The notes beneath the pieces were generated by a model that did no database searches, was not told where the DNA came from, and saw only the letters and a program-made list of their open reading frames with translations. The position numbers and the translations under genes were made by a program. From positions 89,466,001 through 89,530,000 of the forward strand of contig OX597822.1 of NCBI GenBank assembly GCA_951406725.2: 64,000 bases of DNA, read 5' to 3'. Positions within the stretch are counted from its first letter, which is position 1; every line of letters starts with the position of its first letter. Of the stretch, positions 41,865 to 55,595 are shown in pieces. Origin of the DNA: Octopus vulgaris (taxonomy: Eukaryota).

Positions 41865-42092
41865 GTTTAAATATTTGTTGTGGAAGATTTTTTATGTGAA
41901 GTCGTGTGTTGAAACAGATATTGTTATATTTCAGAATGGTCCTTTTGCCAGTTTAGCCAATAAAAACACATGCACTATATATTTGGTGTTATTAATGTAA
42001 AAAATAAATAACAATGAAGCAAAATAACAGCAAATATATAGTGCGTGTGTTTTTATTGGCTAAACTGGCAAAATGACCATTCCGAAATATAT

Positions 42093-42095
<3 letters not shown>
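41865..42095. repeat. Inverted pair of Penelope-type terminal fragments between (TA)n tracts
   Basis: About 68-bp arms (41926-41993 / 42023-42091). Same family at 34000-34220 and 28440-28496. Confidence 0.7.
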
Positions 42096-42154
<59 letters not shown>

Positions 42155-42233
42155 CATACATACATACATACATACATACATACATACATACATACATACA
42201 TACAAATACATATGTGTATATATATATATATAT

Positions 42234-42628
42234 ATAATAAGATGAGGGAATAGAAAGGTAATTAATAAATTATTATTTATTAATTAAAAAATTGACAAAC
42301 ATCCCTTACAGCTGTTTCAATTCAGGCTCTCATAAATTTAATTAGTTAAATTAAAAATCATTTGAAAGTTGAACCTCTTCAGAAGTAGATAAAGGTATAC
42401 AAAGTAGCTGTTCAATTCCCTTACACTGAGTAAACAGCTGCAAACCATTAACGATTTGCAGCCGTTTACTCAATATAAGGGAACTGAACACCTACTTTGT
42501 ATACCTTAATTTAATTAATGAAATTTCTGAGAGCCTGAATTGAAACAGCTGAAGGGGATGTTTGTCAATATTTTTAATTAATAAATAATGATTTATTAAT
42601 TACCTTTCTATTCTCCCATCTTATTATA
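42234..42628. repeat. About 390-bp foldback with a bulge in the left arm
   Basis: The arms are complementary over about 170 bp with a loop of under 10 nt near 42450. The minus strand of the left arm reads CTGAAGA...GAAACAGCTGTA. Confidence 0.85.
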
Positions 42629-42794
42629 ATGAATAAAATATATATAAACTATGGTTTATATAGTTACCTTGCAGTGGAGTATTAAATAAAATGTTCAATA
42701 CTCTTTGTATAGGTAATTAACCAATACTTTCATAGGATTTTGCTACCCCTAAATGAGGTTTTTAACCCTTAAATGTGCTTATGTATGTATACAT

Positions 42795-42870
<76 letters not shown>

Positions 42871-43133
42871 AAACACTAGCAGCATTACATACCGGCATTG
42901 CCAGGGTGTTGTGATCTACAGCCACATTGTATTATTTGCTCCTTTTTTATGGGCAGAATTGGCACAGCTCATATATAGTGAACTGGACTATTGGTGTAAT
43001 GGAAGTTATTGTTTGTTTAATAGTGAAGGAAGGGAGAGGGTACAATTTACATTGGTTTGCATTAAAGTGCTTTCTGTTCTTATGAAGGATCACAAACTAT
43101 GTATTGTTTCACTGTATAAAAGGGTGTTAATAT

Positions 43134-43777
43134 GATTCTGCCCAGGAATCATATTTTCAAAACTTTAATTTCACCCCATCCCCACCATAAATTCTTAAAT
43201 TGTAACTTTCTTGCAATTTTTTTTTTTTGTTTTATCAATGTAGAAAAATACAGAGATTACGAATCTGGAAAATATATATATATATTTTTAAAGTTTAATT
43301 TTTCTTAAAGAAACATTCAATGCGCCTTCCCCCACCTTGCCCACCCATCACATATCCGCTTTCAAAAAGCTAGAATCTCTCAATGTTTCACTTTTGTCTG
43401 ATGTTTCACACATGCATAGAATTGTACTGAAATAGCAGACGTAAAAAATACCAGACCACCAGTAGAAAACTCGACATGCTAGAAACAACAGGTAAATGAC
43501 ATTATTTCTGAGGAAACGTCCCTGCTTTCCAAAAAGCTAAAAGTGAAAAGTTTGTAGCTTTTTGAAAGTGGTGAGGTGATGGGTGGATGTTTGGGAAGGA
43601 GATTTTAGTGTTTCTTTAAAAAAAAAAGAAAAAGAAAATTCCTAAAGATTTGTACTCTCTGTTTTTTTCTCTGTGGATTACCAAGAAATAAATTTGGGAA
43701 AAAGTTTAAAAAATGAAGAAATTGGGGTGAGGACAGAGAAAATTAAAATATTGAGAATGTGTTTTTTGGGCAAAATC
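43134..43777. mobile_element. Old foldback/MITE with about 240-bp diverged arms
   Basis: ccacccatca..ctttcaaaaagcta / tagctttttgaaagt..tgatgggtgg and gattctgccca / tgggcaaaatc. Confidence 0.55.
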
Positions 43778-44352
43778 CTAATCTCCTGTATTGAAATCAT
43801 AGGAATCGGAATAAATTTAGGGAAAAAATGGGCGAGGGCGGGCGCAAATATCACCTTGAACATGCTAGAAACAACAGGTAAAGGACAGGATTTCTGGGAA
43901 ATTTTCCTTTTAAGTTTATATTGAAGATCAGGCTTTTAAATATGCTCATCACAAACACAAATTACAGAATAGAAAAATGTGGTTTCAATTGGATTTGAGC
44001 AGTAATTTTGCATGTGTACACAGCAAATAACATAATTCATACAGAAGTTTTACCTAGAGCATGTGTGTGTGTGCACGTATGTGCGTGTGTGTGCGAAAGG
44101 AAGTTATTTCATGGCATTCTTTTGTTTGAAGCAGGAAAGTTGTCAACTTGATCATATGGTCATTCATATAGGATCAAATGATTGTTCATTAATTTCTGTA
44201 AAAATTTCAAAAATTTCTTTATGCTTTGAAGAGAGCAGAAATTGAAAGAGAGGAGAAAGTGAAAAGGTGACGTTTGCTTTGAAGTGAGAGAGGAAAGTGA
44301 AAGATGTATGTATGTGTATATGAAATGGACATGTATGTGTGTGTGCATGTGC

Positions 44353-44387
<35 letters not shown>

Positions 44388-44837
44388 TGTGAGTGAGTGT
44401 TGTCAAGTATGTATTTTTTGCATGTATGTGTAAGTGGCACTCACTCTTTCTCTCTCACACACACATACATAATCTTTCATATACATGTACATAAATATAT
44501 ATGCATACATCTTTTTTGTATGTATGTGTGTGTGCATTTGAGAGGGAGGGCAAGTGAGTGACTATATTTCCTCATAACATATAGAGAAATGGATGTCTTA
44601 TAATGAAATTTTTCTGGCTGTGGCTTATTTTGATACAATATTTATGTGTAGATTTTCATAAATGTTTGTCTGAGTAGAATTCTACATATGCATGAAACAT
44701 TGGATGGAAGTGAAACATTAGGAGCAAATCAAAATATTGCCAGAAAATGACCTCAAAATTGTGCGAACTGGCCTTGTTTCCGAGGTTATTTTAGTGAAAA
44801 GCAGTGTTTAACCCCAAAACATAGTTTATTTTGTAGC

Positions 44838-44887
<50 letters not shown>

Positions 44888-45569
44888 TTATATAAATATG
44901 GATAAGATCGTTATTTAAAATACCAATCATATCAAGTGGCTAGCATGGGAATAAAAACCTCATAGGTAATAATTATTATTAAAATTATAATTAATGGTAT
45001 CTAAAAGATACCACCATGCTCGATATAGCAGCCAAAACTTGACTCTAAAACCACATTAAATGTTCATACAGCACCAGGAGAGAAGACAAAGAGACAAAAT
45101 AAACTAGCAAAAGATTATTGGATTATTCCAGACCCTGGGTTTCTGGCTTTGCATAAGAAATGCTTTGCCTCATATCTAGCATGGTGCTATCTTTTAGATA
45201 CCCTTAATTATAATTTTATATATATAGATAGACAGATGATAAGCAGCTTTCTTTATTATAGGACAGATGTGACTAATTCAGAGAAACATTACTTTCATTA
45301 TTCACACATCATTACTCTTGTAATGCAACACTTTGTAATTTTGGTTCAAATTGGAAGTGTCTTTCAAATAACTATGGCTTGTTGTTGAGATAATATAGAA
45401 AATATGTAAATGAAAATAAAGTTCATTTGGTAGCCAAAAGATTACTGAATCTTTTGATACCCCATACATGAAAATTGGCAACTCAGTTTTTGAATGCATA
45501 AGGAACATATGCACACACATACAAACATGCTCAAAAACAGTCATTGTTTTAATACTTTTATGATTTCAG

Positions 45570-45713
45570 GATTTCAAAGGAGCCAAAGGGACAGACATTG
45601 TTTTGAATTTGGTAAATGATGGACAGTTTAGTTCATTGTATGAACTTTACAACAAAACATCTGTTGACAAACATCCAAGTATCATTGTTAAACACATCAA
45701 GTCACTTCCAATG
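45570..45713 (+). CDS. Methylthioribose kinase-like gene, coding exon 2
   Basis: tttcag|DFKGAKGTDIVLNLVNDGQFSSLYELYNKTSVDKHPSIIVKHIKSLPM|gtaatt; phase 0-0; DG loop and IIVK lysine align with MtnK DGNLN and IIKQ. Confidence 0.8.
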
Positions 45714-46089
45714 GTAATTATTTTTTAATTGCTTTGTTGCAGTTTGTTTTTGAACAGTAATTTTTAATCACTTTGTTTCAAAAGAGGCTTAATTTGTATT
45801 TTAGTTATGAGACTAAAAGCGGTTGCCTCCTGGAAGAATCAACCCATATTCCAGTATTACCTTTTACACACATGACTTGTTGTGGTTAAGCACTCAACTA
45901 CACAAAATAATTAAAATTGTATAATATAGCTGAGTGAGGATCATACTTAGAAATGATGCTCATGACTCCAGTTTTCATTTAAGGTTGATGCCCCACTACT
46001 CATTGGATGGATTTTAGTTTAGCATAGCAAGAGTTAGCTGCAGTGGTAGTCCTGCATGCAAGATCTTTCGATGAAGGAAATAAAAGAAT

Positions 46090-46230
46090 ATTCCAGTTCT
46101 ATATTTAAGAGATGAGGAATTATGTACATTATTTACAGTTGACAGATATTTGTCCTCATCTTGTTTGTTGTAGACACGTTTTGGCTGATATACCCTCCAG
46201 CCTTCATCAAGTATTTTGGGGAATACTATG
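46090..46230 (-). mobile_element. Penelope-type terminal repeat with mutated hammerhead motif
   Basis: The minus strand reads TTGATGA-a-GGCTG-gagggtatat-CAGCC-AAAACGT (C3 and G12 changed) at 46176-46210. Confidence 0.6.
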
Positions 46231-46721
46231 CATAGTACTGCCGTAGTGCTGCATAACACTCCTACAACACCGTTTTCTTTATGTGCTATAAAAGCAGAAT
46301 TAAATCTGCTTTCAACTCAGTTATGCATCTGTAATATAATATATCATATTATAGTATATTGAAAAATTCTTGAGTGAAGAAGGGAGTATTGCATGTCCAG
46401 AAGGGATTAATTAATATATGTATGTATGTGTATATGTGGGTATGTACATATGTATGTATGAATGTATATATATGTGTATATATGTAGATGTGTGTATATA
46501 TGTGTGCACAGGAATATATATGCATATCTATATATATGTATGTGCACACCTATGTGTGTATTCATACACATATATGCATGTGTGTGTGTATGTTTATTTA
46601 TATGTGTGTGTGTGTGTGTGTATCTATATACCAGTTGTGATAGGTAGATTGTCACCATTTTATATCTTTAATTTCACACATGTGGAATGTTTGTTTTTGA
46701 TTTTGTCGGCTACACAGTATA

Positions 46722-47471
46722 GTAGGGTTGGTTGGGCGCCGTCTGTGAGAAAAACAGCACCATGACACAATTCATTCTGCTAGAAATTTGAAAATGACAA
46801 TTTCTACTGCTTGACATTTGTGCTGAAAGCTCCAATACAAACAGATGGTGAACACAGAACAACTGTTGGCTTGTCATGTCTCCAAAACATGTACCGAGAT
46901 TGATAAAAATCAAACATCCAGTCAACATCATGGTGTTTGGAGTGATCCCTAATAATGGCAACATTATGCCTCCATTCATCTTCCCATATGACCTCACACT
47001 CAACACAGAGACCTACATCAAGTGCCTGGAGTAGGTGGTGTGGGTCAAGAGGGTGGCTGCTGGAAGACCCTATGTCTGGTAACAGGACTCTATACGATGC
47101 CATACAAGCAGAACTCAGTCACAGCTGTCAGACAATTTCTACGACCACATTATCCCTAACATCTAGCCACCTAAATTACCAGATTGCAACCCCCCTTGAT
47201 TATTATGTTTGGGGCGCAGTTGAGTGAGCGACCAACAAAACTCCTTGTAACACCAAAGATGAACTGAAGGCAAGGATTATGGCAGCATTCACCAACTTAA
47301 ACAAAGTCATCTGGAGGGTGTGATGAAACCAATGGCAATTTTATTGAATAAATTTACTCTTTAGTGTTTTAAGATATTTTTATGTTATTTTGGTAAATAT
47401 ATCTGTTAAAATGAGATGTCAGCGTTATTTTCATTTTTGCACAATTTAGACAAGATATTCACCACACCCTG
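46722..47471 (+). mobile_element. maT/DD37D-like transposon, internally deleted
   Basis: KHPVNIMVFGVI, W*QDS, PDCNPLDYYVWGAVE motifs; right end accctg-TA. Confidence 0.75.
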
Positions 47472-47483
47472 TATATATATATA

Positions 47484-47860
47484 TCATCATCATCATCATC
47501 ATTGTTTAACATCCACTTTCCATGCTGGCATGGGTTGGACGATTTAACTGAGGACTGGCAAGCCAGATGGCTGCACCAGGCTCCAATATGATCTGGCAGA
47601 GTTTCTATAGCTTGATGCCCTTCCTAACACCAACCACTCTGAGAGTGTAGTGGGTGCTTTCACGTGCCACCAGCACGAGGGCCAGTCAGGCGGAACTGGC
47701 AATGGCCATGCTCAAATGGTGTTTTTTACATGCCACCTGCACAGAAGCCAGTCCAGCAGCACTGGCAACAGCCTCACTCAAATATTGTTTTTCATGTGCC
47801 AGTGTGCCAGTAAGGTGATGCTGGTAACAATCACGCTTGAATGGTGCTTTTTAGCTTGAA
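47484..47860 (-). mobile_element. RTE-related LINE/SINE 3' end with (GAT)n tail
   Basis: Reverse complement of the ggaagggcatccagc...tccaacccatgccagcatggaa...(gat)n module, also at 32960, 49380-49800, 51090, 60510. Confidence 0.7.
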
Positions 47861-47864
47861 TATA

Positions 47865-47900
<36 letters not shown>

Positions 47901-48290
47901 TATACTTAGGTATATGTGTGTATATATTTTGTATGTATATGTGTATATGCCCCATACACTCATTATAATATAATATATTTATAGTTTACTGTCTAATTTA
48001 TACACCCCAACCTGCTCAACTGGTAGCAAATACAACACTGCTTATGCTTTGAAAATAAGTTACCCAATTAAATTCAAATGCTTATTCATCAAATTGGATC
48101 ATATCAAATCAGTCTTAATAAGAAAGTATATTACTCTACCTTTGGTATTCAAGGTGGAAAAAATAGTCATTTAGCTGTGACTTATAAAATAGATTATCTT
48201 ACTGAAAGCTACAATGTAATCATCATAGATGGATTTAAACCTCCAACTAACTCTCCATGATTTTAATCAATTATATTTCTCTCTTCTTAG

Positions 48291-48417
48291 GATTCAACAC
48301 TCAGCACTGTTTCTGTCACTCTTTCATATGAACGACAAGTCCTTCAGAAGCTAGATGAGTTCTGTCTCAATAATAAATCCCTCAGGATGTATCTTCATGT
48401 TCCAGATAAAGCATTTG
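48291..48417 (+). CDS. Methylthioribose kinase-like gene, coding exon 3
   Basis: ttcttag|DSTLSTVSVTLSYERQVLQKLDEFCLNNKSLRMYLHVPDKAF(G)|gtaaaa; phase 0-1; the YE Glu fits the alphaC position. Confidence 0.8.
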
Positions 48418-48789
48418 GTAAAAAAACATTTTATGTGTTCTGCATGAAATATATGCACATCACTGATTATCACTCCTGATTTTCTGTGGTCTGCAACACC
48501 TAACATAACTAAACTACTAACGTCAGTTGCTTTGTTGCAATTTCTCTTCCATGTTCCTCTTATAATGACCATCTGGAGCAAAACTTTCATATTTATAGTG
48601 GATGGATAGTAGATTTGGAAGGGTGTTACACAGAATACCTTGTGATATTTGGTTATCTCCTTTCTGAGTTCAAATCTAGCTTCAACTTTGTGTTTCATTC
48701 TTTTGAAGTTGATAAGTAACAGTCATCATCATCGTCATTTAAATAAATACTGAAGTTGATTATAACTGACTACACCCTTAAAAGCTGTA

Positions 48790-49800
48790 TCTTATCATGA
48801 CCTAGGCGTCCAGTGACTATTTCTTGTAGACAGTTAATATCAGTATTTTAATGCCTGGATTCTTCACTGGATGTGCAATTTCAGTGTGCATATATGACAG
48901 AGTGTAAGCATCTTGAGAGAAAAGTTGGGCATAAGAGGCATCAGATGTGGTGTGCAAGAGTGACAACTGCATTGGTATGGTCATGAATGAGGACAGCTGT
49001 GTAAAGAAGTGCCAAGCTCTAACTGTAGAGAGAACCTGTGGAAGAGGTAGACCCAGGAAGACATGATGAAGTGGTGAAGCCTGATCTTCGAACGTTGGAC
49101 CTCATGGAGGCAATGACAAGTGACCAAGACCTTTGGTGATATGATGTGCTTGAGAAGACCTGTCAAGTTAAGTGAAATCATAGTTGTGGCTGACGCCACA
49201 TAACTGGCACCTGTGCCAGTGGCACATAGAAAGCACCCTTCAAACATGGGGCCTCATGAAGGCAATGATAAGTGACCAAGACCTTTGGCAATATATTATA
49301 CTTGAGAAGACCTGTCAAGCCAAGTGAAATCATAGTTGTTGCCAATGCTGGTGTCACATAACTGGATCTCATGCCAGTAGCATGTAAAAAGCACCCATTA
49401 CACTCTTGGAGTGCTTGGCATTAAGAAGGGCATGCAGTTGTAGAAACCATGCCAAATCAGATTGGAACCTAGTGCAGCCATCCAGCTTACCAGCTTCAGT
49501 CAAACCGTCGAACCCATGCAGGTGCTGGTGCCACATAAAATGCACTCGTACCAGTGCCACATAAATTGCACTCATCTTAGTGTGACAAAAACACACCCAT
49601 GCTAGTGGCATGTAAAAAGCACCCAGCACATTCTGTGAAGTGGTTGGTGTTAGGAAGGGCACCCAGCTGTAGAAATCTTGCCAAAACAGACAATTGGAGT
49701 CTGGACAGCTCTATGGCTGGCCAACTACTGTCAAACTGTCCAACCTATGCCAGCATGGAAAATTGATGTTAAACAATGATGATGATGATGACGATGACAA
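48790..49800 (+). mobile_element. RTE-like LINE 3' end with duplicated 3'UTR modules
   Basis: Decayed LHWYGH...RGRP-type C-terminus; about 150-bp duplication (49100 vs 49251); (GAT)n tail. Confidence 0.75.
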
Positions 49801-51490
49801 CAACGGTGGCAAAGATGATGATTTCATTGAGTTTTTATTAATATTACTATATGAGAAGAACTATTACAGTATCTAGTTATTCTGTTGATTCAAGGAGCTG
49901 GAAATATGAAGAATGAAGTTCTCAGGTGGAGTAAATTCAATAACCAAGTCAACCCTGCTCAATGATCAAAAAACATTCCAGCTGTGACCTTCCATCATTA
50001 AAACAGCATTCCATTTTCAGGACATGTGATTTACTATTTCTAACCGTTGGAAGTGGAGTTTGTTGCAGCAACAGACTGTGCACATGAAATGTATTTTTGT
50101 GTTGTGTATGTGATATATAGGCGTGGTTAGTAAACCATCTGTTAGGATTTGTAGGACACTATTTTGTGTAGTTAGTATTCCATTGTAGTTGTTATTGTGA
50201 GGAGATGAGTGTGACAGACATGGCTGGAATAATCTATGATGGCTTTAATATATAGTTTCAAAAGCCATTCTTATTGTTTCTGTTGTCCAAATTTGGTATT
50301 TGTGAGTATTTTGTCAATGTTTATCTAAGTATGTTATATTTATACACCATCTTGCTTTCTTTACTATGTTTTCTATGTATGTTATATGTGTGGCATATTT
50401 ATATTTTTGAGTATGATGGCTGGGTGTACTTGATGATTTTTGCTGTTGCCGATAAGAGAGAGCCATTGTTTTGAAGCTAGATTGATTATGGTATGATCAT
50501 TGTTTTGATTGATGTTGCTAAGTCTCTTCTGTTTTTATTCATTTAAATTCTTCCTCTGAAGAAAGAGCTGGTTTCTAACAAAGATACAAAGCTCCATCTT
50601 TGGAATGTAGATGATGAAAACAATGTTTTATTTTAAGCCTAAGAAAAGTCTTGCATAGTTTTATTGTTCTACTTACAGATTGTGTTTGTAATTTGTGAAT
50701 AAGTTGGTTGATTTCTTTTTCTAAAAATCCAAGCCTATCCAGACTGATAGTTAGGCATTTACTTACAAAACCAAATGCTCCTATTATTATTGGTAAAAAT
50801 GTAAATTTGTAATCTGGATATAGAAGCTGGAGTTTTCGAAGCAGTTGTCCATAGCTATCTTCTTTCTATAGCGAAACACCTATTTCTGCCTCTCTATTTC
50901 TCTGTTACACTCTAACCTTTCATCATTTGATACTGGATTACCTCATCTAATGTCCCCTCTGTTGTAGCAAGACACTTGCTTCTGTCTCTGTGTCACACTC
51001 TAACCTTTCGTCCTCTAACACAAGTTCCCCTCCTCAAATGTCCTGCCCCTCTCATAATTCCGTGTCTTGTGAGTTATTTGGTTACCCTTCCAGTGCTGGT
51101 GCCACATTAAAAGCATCCAGTCCACACTGTAATGTGGTTGGTGTTTGGAAGGGCATCCAGCCATAAATTCAGCTGTGAAAATTATACCAAAACTAACCTC
51201 ACCTGTGCTAGTGCCACATAAAAATCACTGAGTCCACTACTCTAAAAGTCACAGTAGCCTAGGGTAGTTTTTCTACCTGGTCAGCTCTTGTCAACCATCC
51301 TACCCATGCATGCATGGAAGATGGATATTAAACAATGATAATGATGATGACGTTATTCACATCAGCAGGACAGCTGATCTCTGTGATGGTACATACTTTT
51401 CCTTGTACCGTCATAGAGGTCAGCTATCCTGCTGATGTGAATATCTCTTTGAAAATATAAGAGAAAGAAGATAACTATGGACAACTGCAT

Positions 51491-51492
<2 letters not shown>

Positions 51493-51561
<69 letters not shown>

Positions 51562-51568
51562 TGTGTGC

Positions 51569-51599
<31 letters not shown>

Positions 51600-51622
51600 C
51601 ACGTGCGTGTGCGTGTGTGTGT
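51493..51622. repeat. (GT)n microsatellite
   Basis: Directly visible; also 63174-63270. Confidence 0.95.
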
Positions 51623-52599
51623 ATTCGTATTATGATTTAGTGTTTGGGGGTTTATTTTAGGTGCTAAAGTTTGTTATAATATATAATTATGTTTTATAAA
51701 TTAATGGCTGCAATAATTAGCTGTATAAAATACATTCCAATACTAGCACATACACACAGAAGTGTTTCTTTCTGTTTTAATGCATTAAGTTATTAGTTAC
51801 TATTGGGTCAAATAATCTTTTGATTATTTCATGGAATGGAAATAAGGACACACTTTAAACTGGAGCCCAGCTTATTTGTTTCATTTATAGGGAAATAGAG
51901 TAATGTTCATACCATACCATACCATATGTGAAGTAGTTACAACGGTGGAAAGAAACTAGCTCATTGACACATTGGCTGCCAGTATTCTTTAACCAAAGTT
52001 AGAGCTCAAATCTCAAATTAATTTTTACTTCTAATCTTGTGTCATTGATTAGAACAAAATAAGTATATGTAATTTCTACTTGTGATGATTTTATAATTAA
52101 AAGAATTAAATTTAGTTAAAACAATTTAGGTTCTGTTTGGCGTCACATTCTTTCAATGCATGTGCACAAGCAAACTAACATTGTTTTCCCAAAAAATATA
52201 ATGCTGTATTGATTTCATAGCCATACACAATATAATTAACATTCTCTTTATCAGTTGGAAAGGTATTGTGACTAACATGACGATGGAGAGAATGGCCCTC
52301 AACCATTTCTTTGGTGTAAACCATAAAGGCTATGTTGTTAAAGCTAAGGTACATGCACTAAAACTTTAGGTTACAAATGCCTTTCAAAGGACCGAGGTAG
52401 CAGAGGTTTGGCACAGCAACAGAGCCACTATTTATTCATTGATAAATCATGATGGGTGTGTTTTACTTGGTCTCAAGTAAATGTGTGCAGCTTTTCCACA
52501 GCACTTTGCTTAACTGTTTTGGGTAAGTGATGGGTTAGAGACTGTAGTGAACTTAATGCTTAAGACAACTCTTGGCATAAGACATAAGGTGCTACAAAA

Positions 52600-52760
52600 T
52601 GTCAGTAATACTTGCTGAAATATAGGAGTTGGTATGTAGTTGAAAGAGATACAAATTGCCTAGTATGAATGCTCTATCCTATGAGCTTTATAAATATATA
52701 TTAGTATTATTTGGTGACTGCTTACTAGATATCTACCTAAAATGCCAACAGAAGACGAGT
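52600..52760 (+). mobile_element. Old Tx1-LINE RT remnant
   Basis: PSMNALSYELYKYILVLFGDCLLDIYLKCQQ aligns with SPGLDGLPYKLYECMPDLFGHLLASVYTNWQQ in the LINE at about 25000. Confidence 0.55.
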
Positions 52761-53167
52761 TCTCAAACTAGATGGTACATTGTGTTCCCAAGCAAAGCAC
52801 TTCATTTTATATTGCTTCAGTTCATTTGCCTGAAAATGAAAACCAGTGACACCCAGGAAGTCAACCTTGTTACAGACTGGTGTTTCTATCACAGGGTAAT
52901 TTTATGGTTTCAGCTGCTTCAATATCATATGCTGGAGACAGACTTTAACTTTTCTTTTCACATTAATTCTGAGTTCAAATCCACTGGAGTCAATTTTACT
53001 TTTCATTTTCCCAGGGTCTATAAATTTTATCAAGAACCAATCAAATTCTAGGATTAATTTAATATTCTTAAAAAACAACTTAGATGTGGATTGAAATATA
53101 ATAAGACTTTTTTTCATGTTTCTATATTTCTTTTATTTTGTCATTTTTTACTTCTATAATTAAATAG

Positions 53168-53339
53168 CATTTCTCGAGAAGTTCCCACTTCAGCATAGTC
53201 TACGAGAGAGACTGAAGAATAAAGATTTTTCTCTAGATTTAGCTGCAGCTATTGTTGACAGTTTGGCAACGATTCATAAAGCAACTCATTTGCAATATAA
53301 TAAAACAGAGTATCTTGAAGATCTAGAAGCCCAATTACA
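53168..53339 (+). CDS. Methylthioribose kinase-like gene, coding exon 4
   Basis: aaatag|(CA)FLEKFPLQHSLRERLKNKDFSLDLAAAIVDSLATIHKATHLQYNKTEYLEDLEAQL(CA)|gtaagt; phase 1-2, fitting both neighbours. Confidence 0.85.
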
Positions 53340-53837
53340 GTAAGTATGGATTATTCTTTTTAACTTTAATCTACCCCTTTGTTTCAAATCTACAAAAAGC
53401 AAAATTGAAATTCTTGTTACATCTTGTCTTGTATTCTGTCTATTGTCTAAAAGTAAATTTATTGGTTTTTTCATTCATTTAATGTCTATTTTTCCTTGCT
53501 AGCATGAAATGGATGAAAACAATTTGAGGCGGCATTTTGTGGCTAGATGCCTGTTTTGTTGTCAATCCTCATTTTTCAAATAGGGCACATTTTATTCTAC
53601 TGGTCTTCAGAAGTGTAGAGCAAAATGTAGAAAAGTCAACAAAAAATGTAAACATCATATTACTGTTTTACTCAAGCAATGACAAGGCATTGAATGCCAT
53701 CATTTGCACTGGTTTTTCTTGTTCTGTTGATGTTGTTGTCCAAAGATCAAAAATGAAAAACTTTTAGAGAACATATACATATATATATATGTATATTTAT
53801 GTGTGCATATATATATGTGTGTATGTATATGTATGCT

Positions 53838-53896
<59 letters not shown>

Positions 53897-53949
53897 TAGC
53901 AGAGATACCTGGCCTTGCTTGGGATTAAAATGGCATAGATATTTTATTG

Positions 53950-54150
53950 TTTTACTTGTTTCAGTGATGTGACTGCTGCCATGTTGGACCACTGCCTTTT
54001 GTCGAAAAAATAGACCACAAGATTTATTCTTTGTAAGCCTAGTACTTATTCTATCAGTGTCTTTTGCCAAACCGCTAAGTTAGTTATGGGAACGTAAACA
54101 CAACAATATCAGTTGTCAAGCAATGGTGGAGGTACAAACACAGACACACA
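53950..54150 (-). mobile_element. SINE 3' part
   Basis: Matches 62220-62410. Confidence 0.75.
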
Positions 54151-54174
54151 CAAATATACACACACACATATATA

Positions 54175-54247
<73 letters not shown>

Positions 54248-54267
54248 CATCATCATCATCATGATAC

Positions 54268-54338
<71 letters not shown>

Positions 54339-54341
<3 letters not shown>

Positions 54342-55595
54342 GGTTGGACAAAATAATGGAAACACTTAGCATCGTAGCATCATAATTTTGAAATATCTAT
54401 AAAACTGTCAAAAACTTGTTCATTTTTATGTTTTTGATATATTATCAGTGTTGCTTAATATGTTTTGCTAAAATTGCTGTTTCTTTTCAGATATCATCAG
54501 AAAAAGGTAATTAAAATTTATTAAAATGACAGATCTATCAGACTTTCAAAGAGGTCAAATTGTTGGTGCCCATATGGCAGATGCTAGCATAATGAAAACA
54601 GCCAAAATGTTTGGTGTCTCAAGAAGTACTGTCTCAAAAGTAACAACAGCCTTTGAGAAAGAGGAAAAAAACCTCCTTATTGAAACAAAACTCTGGAAGA
54701 AAACCAAAACTTTCAGAAAGGGACTGTCTGACTCTTACACAAATTGTTAGAAAGGATCACAAAGTTACTGCAGAGCTTAATAGCCACCTCGAGAACCCAG
54801 TTTCCACAAAAACTGTTCGCTGGGAGCTGCACAAAGTGACATTTCACAGGAGGGCTGCAATCAGGAAACCACTACTTACAAAAACAAACGTTGCAAAGTG
54901 TTTAGAGTAGAGTAAAAACACGCAGAATTGGTCCCTAGAGCAGTGAGAGAATGTTATTTTCTTGGATGAATCATCCTTTACCTTATTTCCAACCACCGGT
55001 TGAGTATACATGTGGAGACAGCCAAAAGAAGTATTTGACCCAGACTGCCTTCTTCCAACTATTAAACATGGAGGAAGATCTGTGATGATCTGGTGGGAGC
55101 TATATCTTGGAAATTCGCCGGCCCAATAGTTTCCCTTCGTGGCAGAATTAATAGTCAAGACTATTCAAACATTTTATGTGATCAAATTCATGCTATGTTT
55201 GCGGAACTTTTTCCGGAGGGAGATGCAATCTTTCAGGATGATAATGCACCAATTCACACAGTTAAAGTTGTTACTGAATGGTACAAGGAATATTCTAGTG
55301 AAGTTGAGCATCTTATCTGGCCACCAGTCCCCAGATCTCAATATTATTGAACATTTATGGTGCATTTTAGAAAAACAAGTAAGGAGTTCATATCTTCCAC
55401 CATCATCACTACAAGAACTGTAGATAGTTTTAGCTGAAAAATGGACAAAAATTCGTTTGGAAACAATTCAAATTTGGTATGAGTCCAAACCTCATAGAAT
55501 TCAAGCTGTAATTACTGCCAAAGGCGGTCCTACCCCACATTAAAATAAATTTGCTTGAAATTTTAAGGTGTTTCCATTATTTTGTCCAACTCCTG
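54339..55595 (+). mobile_element. Tc1-superfamily transposon copy 2 (DD36E/Incomer-like), near full length, frameshifted
   Basis: Same TIRs as copy 1; MTDLSDFQRGQIVGA, FLDES, FQDDNAPIH, SPDLNIIEHLW. Spacing is 36 residues if the frameshift at about 55325 is repaired as WPPQS. Confidence 0.92.

Noticed and set aside
44145-44207. 63-nt phase-0 cassette exon candidate ESCQLDHMVIHIGSNDCSLIS (SGNH-like GxND)
   Set aside because: Weak donor, and the MTK alignment is complete without it; cannot be excluded without RNA data.
52255-52895. Two exon-like segments (52255-52348, 52821-52895) first read as a kinase N-lobe
   Set aside because: Their phases do not fit exons 3 and 4, which join directly and match MtnK; the region also contains LINE debris.
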